DNA from: an uncultured Chloroflexota bacterium
Lineage (GTDB): Bacteria; Chloroflexota; UBA11872; VXNJ01
Direction: 5' to 3'
DNA: 64,000 nt
Assembly: GCA_913043205.1 (NCBI GenBank)
Contig: CAJWLF010000013.1
Coordinates: 4,787-68,786 of the forward strand
Part shown: piece after piece, positions 41,719 through 50,040 of the stretch
Layout of the letters: each line of letters starts with the position of its first letter
Numbering within the stretch: position 1 is the stretch's first letter
Translations under genes and position numbers: made by a program
Notes under the pieces: model-generated
Databases searched by the model: none
Seen by the model: only the letters and a program-made list of their open reading frames with translations
What the model was told of the DNA's origin: nothing

Positions 41719-44700
41719 TCAGAACTTCCGCTTTGTTGAGGGATCGTCATAAAGCATCTCGGCATAGGTAGCCACATCTACTTCAAATTCGCCATCATGA
41801 CGTTCCGGTCTTTCGGCAACTACCGTGTCGGTAGTGATAATTGCACAAGCAACACTAACCGCTGCTGCAAGAGCATGCTGGGAAACTAGTAGCGGGTCAA
41901 TTATTCCAGATTCAAACAAGTCTATAAATTTTCCAGTCACGGAATCATACCCATTCCAGAAAGACCCAAAGTCGATACGAGCCAGAATCCCACCAGGGTC
42001 TTCCCCTGCATTAACTACAATCGATTTAAATGGATCGTCGAGCGCTTTCCGCATTGCAGACACTCCAGCACCGACATCGCTCTCTTCCGGCAATTCCGGA
42101 AGAGAGCGGGCCGCGTGTAAATAGGCAGCTCCACCACCAGGCACCACTCCACTTGTCAATGCTGAACGGACTGACTTAACAGCATCATCGGCAAGCTGTA
42201 ACCGTCTCTTGACTTCTAATTGTGTTGCAGCTCCCACGTATATCGTTCCAATTCTCCCAGACAACCGCTGCAACTGTTTTTCAGCTATTTTCGTAGCATT
42301 CGACCTGTCTCTTTCCCGAACTCGTTCCACAATCTGCAGCTTGCGTCTCTCAAGTCCATCTTCCCGATCGGCTCCATTTACAATTACAGCAGATTTCATG
42401 TCGACCACTACGCGCTGTGCTTTCCCTAATACATTGACATCGATAGAGTTCCAGGGACGCCCAATTGCGTCACCAATAACCTGACCTCCCGTCACTGCGG
42501 CAACATCCATCAAAACTTCACTGCCAGACAAATCTAACGAATTGGTTACTACTGGACACACACGCGGACCATCCTGTCGCCAATTAGCTCTCAAAGCTCC
42601 GAGTGTTTCGGTTGGGAAGTCCTCAGCAATTAAAACAACATCAGTAACGATATTTGCGTTGGTAAAAACATCAAACAGTAATGCCAAATCTCTTATCAGT
42701 ACAGAGCCTAAAATCGCAACGATATATGGGGATTCGATGACAGTTTGCGAACGATCAGCATCATCCACAAAGAATGCATCTGTCAAACTTGCCTCGGCCT
42801 GAAATCCATTATTAATTCTTATAGTTGTTTCGACACCTCTACCTTGCCGAACATCTATCGCTCCATCATCTCCAGTATGGTCCACGATCTGTGTCACCGC
42901 AGTAGCGATTTCGGAATCACGAGAAGAAACTCGAGCCACCCTCTCGACTTCTGCCTTACTGGAAATCTCGCGCGCATGCTCTCTCAAATAAGCATCTACA
43001 TAGTTTGCAGCCAATCTAATCCCACTGCCAATTGACATCGGGCTTCTACCGGCAGCAATCTGCATGTCAGCCTCACGAACAATAGCTTGAGCGAGAACCA
43101 TAGCCGTGGTTGTACCGTCACCAGCCATTGACTCTGTATGCAAAGCCGCCTCGCGCAAAAGCTGGGCTCCCAGATCTTCTATAGGGTCAGGTAATTCTAT
43201 TTCTCGAGCAACATCGGCCCCGTCTCTGGTTACTGCCGGACAATAACTTCCTGCTAAACCTCTACGTTCCAGCACCACGCTCATACCGGTCGGCCCATGT
43301 GTAACCTTGACAACATCCGCCAATTTATCTACCCCGCTATGCAGACTCCTACGACCATTGTCACCAAAAAGAATCTCAGTTGTACGACGCTCAGGCTGAG
43401 ATTGGTTTACTTCATTACCCATGCCGGGAATTTCAATATCCTCTATCTTTTCCGTGTGCCGAATGGCAGTCTCAGTGGTGAGTATCGACACAGCCGTACT
43501 GGTAGCACTACGCAGAGAACTAGAGACCACGTCAAGTGGGTCTAAAACACCAGCTTCGAATACATTTACACAACTCCTCGATAGCGCATCAAACCCGTAC
43601 TCGATATCATCTTCAGATTCAATTTTTTCAACAATCAGTTGACCATCTAACCCCGCGTTAATGGCAATTTGCTCAGTGGGCCGCTGAAGCGCTTCCCGCA
43701 CAATACCTACACCAGTAGCCTGATCCCCATGAACATCTAACACATCTAATGCCGATCTAGCCCATAGTAGAGATCGTCCACCACCAGGAAGAACACCATT
43801 GTCATACGCCGCTCGACAGGCAGAAACAGCATTTTCAGTCCTTTGACACAGTTCAGTCCTCTCGGTTCCAGTAGAGGCCGAGACTTCAATGGTGATCATC
43901 TTGCCTGAAAGACGCGTAATACGATTTTTGATCAGATCAGCCTGAGTGTGATTCCTAGTTCGATCAGCTTCAGATTGCATAGCCGATATACGACTGGCAA
44001 TTCGAGCAGGATCACCCTTTGGACCTACAATCAAAAATTCTTTTGGGCCAACCACGACACGCTCTGCCCTTCCGAATACTTCAGAATTTACATTGTCCCA
44101 AGACCGACCAAATTCATCAGACACAAACGTGCCTCCAGTCACTATGGCTAAGTCCTCGCATACTTCGCTACGACTGAGCCCAGCAACTGGGTTGCTTGCA
44201 ATAACTAATTGAAGATTTTCATTCTTGTTTGCCGCAAGAACGTCGGATAATGCAACCTCATCCACAGAATCGCACATAACAAAAACGGACGTCACATCAT
44301 TGTCAACTAATGAATCCAACAAGCGTCTAATTTCACCAAATTCAACTATTCGCCGATCGGTTATAAGTATGTATGGATTGTCTAATTCGGCTTTTCCATA
44401 AACCGTGTTAACGAAGGCTGAAGATACATAGCCTTCGTCCATACTTACCCCAGTAGATCGCCTCAACTGAGACTGCAACCCACGCCCTTCTTCAACCACA
44501 ACACCACCATTTGGCTGTGTTTCAAGAATAGCTTTTGCTGCTAGTTCTCCAAGTACATTGCTATTAGCGGAAACAGTGCCAACCTGAGTAAGCACGTTCT
44601 CATTTCGAGCGTCGACAGATATTCTCTTTAGTTCTTCAAGAACAACACCACTAGCCAACTCAATCCCACGACGCAACATCATGGGATTTGCACCTGCTGC

Positions 44701-45087
44701 TATATTTTTGAGTCCCGCATGCAACATTTCTTGCGCAAGGATGGTTGCAGACGTGGTGCCATCCCCAGCCCACCATGACGCCTCAGACGCTGCCTCAATA
44801 ATCAATTTGGCTCCCATATTTTCGTACTCATCCCGCAAATTAATCGACCGAGCAATAGATATCCCATCATTTGTTATCACGGGACGAAAGGGAGGCGTTT
44901 GCAGCAACACATTCTGGCATAGAGGACCAAGCGTAATTTTTGTTGTGTCAGCAACAGCATCAACTCCTCGCCCCAAGGCAAAACGGGCCTCGGAATCAAA
45001 AATCATTTCAGATTTTGATGAGCGAACCGGCTTAGGGCGAGATGGAGTTCCTGAACTTCCCAGAATGAATGCTTTTGAGTCTTCCAT
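41719..45087 (-). CDS. Tandem-fused double chaperonin: two complete GroEL/Cpn60-family modules in one 1122-aa polypeptide
   Basis: Module 1 spans about aa 28-548. It reads FDSEARFALGRGVDAVADTTKITLGP ... AGDGTTSATILAQEML ... TENAVSACRAAYDNGVLPGGG ... VLDPLDVVSSSLRSATSTAVSILTTETAI. Module 2 spans about aa 571-1095. It reads ILFGDNGRRSLHSGVDKLADVVKVTHGP ... AGDGTTTAMVLAQAIV ... ADDAVKSVRSALTSGVVPGGG ... IIDPLLVSQHALAAAVSVACAIITTDTVV. Each module is colinear with E. coli GroEL over its full length. The linker is about 22 aa with no stop. The true start may alternatively be the ATG at 45006 (MIFDSEAR...). Confidence 0.8.
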   Translation of the reverse strand: MEDSKAFILGSSGTPSRPKPVRSSKSEMIFDSEARFALGRGVDAVADTTKITLGPLCQNVLLQTPPFRPVITNDGISIARSINLRDEYENMGAKLIIEAASEASWWAGDGTTSATILAQEMLHAGLKNIAAGANPMMLRRGIELASGVVLEELKRISVDARNENVLTQVGTVSANSNVLGELAAKAILETQPNGGVVVEEGRGLQSQLRRSTGVSMDEGYVSSAFVNTVYGKAELDNPYILITDRRIVEFGEIRRLLDSLVDNDVTSVFVMCDSVDEVALSDVLAANKNENLQLVIASNPVAGLSRSEVCEDLAIVTGGTFVSDEFGRSWDNVNSEVFGRAERVVVGPKEFLIVGPKGDPARIASRISAMQSEADRTRNHTQADLIKNRITRLSGKMITIEVSASTGTERTELCQRTENAVSACRAAYDNGVLPGGGRSLLWARSALDVLDVHGDQATGVGIVREALQRPTEQIAINAGLDGQLIVEKIESEDDIEYGFDALSRSCVNVFEAGVLDPLDVVSSSLRSATSTAVSILTTETAIRHTEKIEDIEIPGMGNEVNQSQPERRTTEILFGDNGRRSLHSGVDKLADVVKVTHGPTGMSVVLERRGLAGSYCPAVTRDGADVAREIELPDPIEDLGAQLLREAALHTESMAGDGTTTAMVLAQAIVREADMQIAAGRSPMSIGSGIRLAANYVDAYLREHAREISSKAEVERVARVSSRDSEIATAVTQIVDHTGDDGAIDVRQGRGVETTIRINNGFQAEASLTDAFFVDDADRSQTVIESPYIVAILGSVLIRDLALLFDVFTNANIVTDVVLIAEDFPTETLGALRANWRQDGPRVCPVVTNSLDLSGSEVLMDVAAVTGGQVIGDAIGRPWNSIDVNVLGKAQRVVVDMKSAVIVNGADREDGLERRKLQIVERVRERDRSNATKIAEKQLQRLSGRIGTIYVGAATQLEVKRRLQLADDAVKSVRSALTSGVVPGGGAAYLHAARSLPELPEESDVGAGVSAMRKALDDPFKSIVVNAGEDPGGILARIDFGSFWNGYDSVTGKFIDLFESGIIDPLLVSQHALAAAVSVACAIITTDTVVAERPERHDGEFEVDVATYAEMLYDDPSTKRKF

Positions 45088-45276
45088 AACGAAATTTATG
45101 CCATAACATGTGTTGCCATCGCTTAATTATTACCGACATTTCCCAAGACGGTAGAAGATTCTTATTGGATAAGCCCATTGTACGAATATCTGCACATAAT
45201 TATGCATATCGACTAGTATCATCCAATACATGCCAAAACAACGGTCGTTAATCCTCATCCTAGTAGGTATCACACA

Positions 45277-46938
45277 GTGCGCGATCCATCCTTAGAACCC
45301 ATAACAACAAGACGGCTTGGCCGAGCCAAATCCATTTATCACGATATGGACGCCTTACTGCCACTAAAACGAGGTGCAGATTACGTCGCTGATACGATAA
45401 AGCTATCATTAGGACCGACTACAACCACCGTGCTAATCGATAACGTCGGCGAATTACCGATCTCTGCCCAAGATGGAACCTCCATCGCAAATTCGATCAA
45501 AGCACCTAATAGATTAGAAGATATCGGAAGCCATCTTATGCGCGATGGTATCTCGACAATGTCAAAGAATATTAGAGATGGGACCTCCACGGCCGCCACC
45601 CTAGCACAAAGTATCATCGAGCACGGTGTTGCCCAAATTGCAACTGGAACGAATGCCATGATTTTGACCCGAGGGATAGAGGCTGCGTCTAGAGCAGTCG
45701 AACGGGAAATTAGGAGTTTTTCGCAACCAGCAGACACAAGCGACACACTCATATCAGTAGCAACCACTTGCAGCGAAAATGCTGCTCTCGGAGAACGAAT
45801 CGCAGAGATGATTGCTCACTTAGGGCCCGAAGCCAACATAGGTGTTAGGGCTGAGCCTGTAGTTGGAGTGCATCCTTTCTACAGTCCTGGCATGCAAATG
45901 AATCGCGGATGGTATTCACCTCATCTGACAACAAACGAAGAAGGAACCGAAGCAATACTAGAAGACGCATTAGTGTTCATTACTAGCTCAGTCATACATG
46001 GATCTGAAACAATGGGGCTACTGCTTTCGAAACTAGCTAGTTACGAAAGGCCCTTTTTGATTATTGCCGACGACATAGATGAGGCAGCTCTTAAAGTATT
46101 GGTCGTCAACAAAACAAACGGGGCAATAAATGCTTTCGCTATCCAGGCACCTAGTTACGGGGATCATAAACTAGCCATTCTTGAAGATATAGCAGTATTT
46201 ACCGGTGGGAAAGTAGTTAATAACGTTACTATGGCATTATCCAATATTGGCTCCGAATTAGGCGACAATCTAGGATTGGCAACCCGTGTTGTAGCCAATA
46301 GACGCGAATCCGTGATTACTACCGGTGGTGGCAGCGAAGAACAAATAAAATCACGTATGGACCATATTTCAACAGAGCTCGAATCAATCACAGACGAAGA
46401 AGGGAGAGCAATGCTAAGACAGCGTTGGGGAACCCTAGGAAAGGGGGTGGGGCAAATCATTTTCGGTGCCCCTACCGAACCTGAGCGTAGGGAACTTCGC
46501 CGAACCCTTGAAAAAACAATTCAGGTTACAAGAGCAGGGTTGAGAGAAGGAGTTGTGGCAGGTGGAGGAATCGCGTTTCTAACTGCAGCAAATACATTGG
46601 CAACTACTAAATGGGCAGACGATGAGCAAGCGGGAGCAATATGCCTAACAAGTTCGCTAAAAAGACCTACAGAACAGATAGCCATCAATAGCGGACACGC
46701 GGGATCTACAATCATCTCCCAAATATATGATCTTGATCCTGGGTACGGATATGACGCTATTACAGGGAATTATGTAAACATGAAGGAAGCTGGAATAATA
46801 GATGCAACTTCAGTGACTATTCATGCTTTGCGAATTGCATGCAGTATTGCAGTCAATTTATTAAAAACCAACGTGGCTATCCATTACGCGCCGAGTGCAA
46901 AATGGCCAAAAGCCCCGGAGCGCCCTGTCAGCAATTGA
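45277..46938 (+). CDS. Highly divergent GroEL/Cpn60-like protein (553 aa), divergently transcribed from the double chaperonin
   Basis: Contains ADTIKLSLGP ... DGTSTAATLAQSII ... TRAGLREGVVAGGGIAFL ... GIIDATSVTIHALRIACSIAVNLL, colinear with GroEL. The conserved GPKGRN loop is replaced by GPTTTT. The position equivalent to GroEL D398 is K (EKTIQ). Confidence 0.75.
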   Translation: MRDPSLEPITTRRLGRAKSIYHDMDALLPLKRGADYVADTIKLSLGPTTTTVLIDNVGELPISAQDGTSIANSIKAPNRLEDIGSHLMRDGISTMSKNIRDGTSTAATLAQSIIEHGVAQIATGTNAMILTRGIEAASRAVEREIRSFSQPADTSDTLISVATTCSENAALGERIAEMIAHLGPEANIGVRAEPVVGVHPFYSPGMQMNRGWYSPHLTTNEEGTEAILEDALVFITSSVIHGSETMGLLLSKLASYERPFLIIADDIDEAALKVLVVNKTNGAINAFAIQAPSYGDHKLAILEDIAVFTGGKVVNNVTMALSNIGSELGDNLGLATRVVANRRESVITTGGGSEEQIKSRMDHISTELESITDEEGRAMLRQRWGTLGKGVGQIIFGAPTEPERRELRRTLEKTIQVTRAGLREGVVAGGGIAFLTAANTLATTKWADDEQAGAICLTSSLKRPTEQIAINSGHAGSTIISQIYDLDPGYGYDAITGNYVNMKEAGIIDATSVTIHALRIACSIAVNLLKTNVAIHYAPSAKWPKAPERPVSN

Positions 46939-47144
46939 GTAGATTCTTAAACTAAATTCGCAAAGTGTTATCTCCGTATCCTAGAACCAAAACGGTACAT
47001 TCCGATTGGCTAATGGCTAATTTGGTAATTATTCAATTCGAACTGATGAAGACTAATATAGAACTTTTCATTAGAATAATGGTGCAGTCTTAATTATTGA
47101 CATTACACATCGCAACGTGTCGGGCAGTTGTAGTCACTTAAGTC

Positions 47145-49532
47145 ATGTTTCACGAAAGAGAGCAGTTGGTGGCCATAATCGAAAAAGACATCCAAAAGTC
47201 TAGGAACAAAGAAAGGATTTCCAGTCTTCGAAATCGAGCAATAACTTGGGAAGACTCTCCTGTTCGAGGCGAGCGCCTGAGGCTAGTCACTGAATCCTAT
47301 AAGCAAACTGAGGGACAAGGGGTGGCTGTTCGGAGGGCAAAGGCGTTAGCTCACACTTTGACAAATAACGCCATTCAGATTCGCGATGATGAATTGTTTG
47401 CAGGTCTTCCACAGCGCGCCGTTTATGGATCGGATTCACTGCACTTCAATAACCCAAGACACTGGGAAAGTGCTATGGATTACCCAGAGCTGACCGGTGG
47501 TATTTTCCCCGTACATAAAGAAATACCAGAAAACTTACAAGAGCATCTCGACTACTGGCAGGGACAGAAATTAGCTCGAGCAGTAGTCGCGGAAAATATG
47601 ACTCCGGAGATAAAGAAGGCCATGGAGTTCGGTGCGTTGTCAGTATCCGGCTGGGTGCAAGGACATTCGAATGCAGGATTCGACCGAGTGCTCGAATTAG
47701 GCTTAGAAGGAATCAAAGCCGAAGCAGAATCCAAACTTACAGAATTGCAGTCCGCAGATATAGATGAAGGACAAGACTTTTTACAAGGTGTGCTTATAGC
47801 TTGTGAAGGGGTAATCCAGCACGCAAAACGTTATGCCGATTTGGCAAGAGATAATGCAATTTCTGAGCCGGATTCTTCACGAAGAGCAGAATTGCTTCGT
47901 ATTGCTGATACTTGTGATAGAGTCCCGGCTCAACCAGCCAGTAATTTCCACGAAGCCCTTCAGTGCATATGGTTTGTACAGCGAGGGGTAGACATGGAAA
48001 TGGGAGATGCAGCGGCCCTAGCCAATGGATGGGGGAGAGTCGACCAATATTTATACCCCTACTACAGGTCAGACATCGATTCTGGAAACATAACCGACGA
48101 TGAAGTAAGGCTTTTACTGACAGAATTCTACCTGAAATTAAATCGAGCATATCAAGACACACTAATACTGCTCGGTGGACTAACAACAGAAGGGAAAGAT
48201 GGAACTAACGAACTTTCCTACATGTTGATGGAAATTCACAGAGACCAGGGACTTCTTATTGATATCGATGCACGTGTTCACTCTAAAACCCCCTCTGATT
48301 TCGTTCATTTGTGTGCCGAAGTAACACAAAAAAACCTAGGGTTTTCGTTCTTTAATGATGAACCTACCATCGCCGCACTCGAACGTATCGGCATACCAAA
48401 AGAGATTGCCGTTCAATATTCTCCTGTGGGATGCGTTGAAAATATCGTGCCTGGGTATGCCACTCCCACGACGATGGATAATCAAGTCAATGTCGCCAAA
48501 TGTCTGGAACTGGCGTTAAACGACGGTGTCTGCATGCTCACGGGCACTAGAATTGGCCCAGAGACAGGTGATCCAGCTAATTTCAAATCTTTTGACGACG
48601 TATGGGATGCCTTTGTAACTCAGTTAAATTATCTTGTTGATTTGGGTTGCCAGGGCACCAGTATCGTTCAAAAGGGTCAGGCAGGGCGCCTGCCGTTACC
48701 TTTCTATTCATCCACATGGTGGGATCCAATTAGCAAGGCCAAAGATCTTACAGAAGGTGGAGCAAGATATCCCTATTCAGGTTGCAACAATGTTGGTCTC
48801 AGTACTGCTGCCGACAGTCTTACAGCTATCAATAAATTAGTTTTTGAAGAACGTAAAGTCGACTGGCATGAACTGTTAGACGGTCTGAAGACAGATTTTG
48901 CTGGCAAAACAGATTTGCAAAATTCCCTGCTGGATTCCTCTCCAAAATATGGGAACGACAATGACGAAGCTGACCAAATGGCCTGCAAGGTGCATATGGC
49001 ACACTATGCAGCCCTCGAAGATAAAGTGACTGCTTTCGGGGGTCGTTACTTGCTGCTTATATTCAACACTAACCATCTGGTTGTCGTGTCGCATGGTTCT
49101 AGAACTGCTGCAACCCCAGATGGCAGAGGCGCACGTCAACCAGTCGGCATCAGTGTTTCGCCATCAGAAGGCAGAGATGTTTCTGGGCCAAAAGCTGCGA
49201 TGCGATCGATATGCAAGCTAGACCAAACAGCTATACCTGGTGGAGCTTCCTACATAATGGAATTAAACACCAAACACATTAAAAGCCCGAACGGAGATGG
49301 TGTTTCAACGGACCAGTTGGCTGATTTGCTCCAATACTATATCGACTTGGGGGGAATGAATTTGGCAATAAATGTCTTAGACCCTGAATGGATAGAAGAG
49401 GTTATGGATGACCCGACGAATAACCCCAACCTATCGGCACGGCTATACGGATGGAGCCAATACGTAAAGAACCTTGACCCACGATTACAGCAGTTTCTTC
49501 TTGACAGAACTAGACGATCATCGTCGGTTTAA
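47145..49532 (+). CDS. Glycyl radical enzyme of the PFL2 clade (pyruvate formate-lyase-like, glycerol dehydratase / CutC / HypD group)
   Basis: The N-terminal clade motif is GERLRLVTESYKQTEGQGVAVRRAKALAHTL ... DDELFAG. Also present is FHEALQCIWFVQ. The catalytic thiyl loop is YSPVGCVEN, with Cys at aa 430 and the adjacent Glu. The C-terminal glycyl-radical motif is ARLYGWSQY (RxxGWS), with Gly about 30 aa from the end. Length is 795 aa. Confidence 0.8.
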   Translation: MFHEREQLVAIIEKDIQKSRNKERISSLRNRAITWEDSPVRGERLRLVTESYKQTEGQGVAVRRAKALAHTLTNNAIQIRDDELFAGLPQRAVYGSDSLHFNNPRHWESAMDYPELTGGIFPVHKEIPENLQEHLDYWQGQKLARAVVAENMTPEIKKAMEFGALSVSGWVQGHSNAGFDRVLELGLEGIKAEAESKLTELQSADIDEGQDFLQGVLIACEGVIQHAKRYADLARDNAISEPDSSRRAELLRIADTCDRVPAQPASNFHEALQCIWFVQRGVDMEMGDAAALANGWGRVDQYLYPYYRSDIDSGNITDDEVRLLLTEFYLKLNRAYQDTLILLGGLTTEGKDGTNELSYMLMEIHRDQGLLIDIDARVHSKTPSDFVHLCAEVTQKNLGFSFFNDEPTIAALERIGIPKEIAVQYSPVGCVENIVPGYATPTTMDNQVNVAKCLELALNDGVCMLTGTRIGPETGDPANFKSFDDVWDAFVTQLNYLVDLGCQGTSIVQKGQAGRLPLPFYSSTWWDPISKAKDLTEGGARYPYSGCNNVGLSTAADSLTAINKLVFEERKVDWHELLDGLKTDFAGKTDLQNSLLDSSPKYGNDNDEADQMACKVHMAHYAALEDKVTAFGGRYLLLIFNTNHLVVVSHGSRTAATPDGRGARQPVGISVSPSEGRDVSGPKAAMRSICKLDQTAIPGGASYIMELNTKHIKSPNGDGVSTDQLADLLQYYIDLGGMNLAINVLDPEWIEEVMDDPTNNPNLSARLYGWSQYVKNLDPRLQQFLLDRTRRSSSV

Positions 49533-49556
49533 TCCTATCAAGCAAGTTAAGCTTTA

Positions 49557-49973
49557 GTGGTCAATCAGCCGGCTAGGTCCTTATCTCCTGATTCGACGGG
49601 CGACGGAATTTGGCACGATGTTGCCAGCACAGGTGATTTGATCGATGGTAAGTCGATTCTAGTTCAGATAAACAAACAGCCCGTTGTAGTTTGCCTAAGC
49701 CAAGGTCAATATTACGCAATTGGGCATAATTGCCCTCACTATGATGCCCCCATGGTAGAAGGACAATTAGTAGGAAATAAAATTATATGTCCGTGGCACT
49801 GGTGGGAATTCGACCTAGATACCGGACACTGTCTCTATGCACCAACTGAACAAATAACAGAAATGTTTTTTAGCAGTGAATTTATGGGCAATCCTCAAAG
49901 CGTCAAACTTCCTATATACCCTATACGTACAGAAGCTGGCCGCATACTCATCCAATTATCTTCGGAATCATAG
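49557..49973 (+). CDS. Rieske [2Fe-2S] domain protein (NirD-like small Rieske ferredoxin)
   Basis: The Rieske ligands are CPHYDAPMVEG and CPWHWWEF. Length is 138 aa. It starts 24 nt after the GRE stop. Confidence 0.8.
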   Translation: MVNQPARSLSPDSTGDGIWHDVASTGDLIDGKSILVQINKQPVVVCLSQGQYYAIGHNCPHYDAPMVEGQLVGNKIICPWHWWEFDLDTGHCLYAPTEQITEMFFSSEFMGNPQSVKLPIYPIRTEAGRILIQLSSES

Positions 49974-50040
49974 GTCCGCACAAACAACTACTCAAACTCG
50001 CTGCTCAGCTTTAGGCCACCGATAAATACGTGTTTTAGAG

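Noticed and set aside
45088-45276. CIRCE/HrcA operator upstream of the chaperonin-like genes; 60647-60818 was also checked for the canonical groEL
   Set aside because: No TTAGCACTC-N9-GAGTGCTAA or close variant was found by eye on either strand. Its absence is recorded as a finding, not as a feature.
49557-49973. The small ORF after the GRE, as a possible GRE-activating enzyme
   Set aside because: It has Rieske CxH/CPxH ligands and no CxxxCxxC radical-SAM motif. It is also far too short, at 138 aa.
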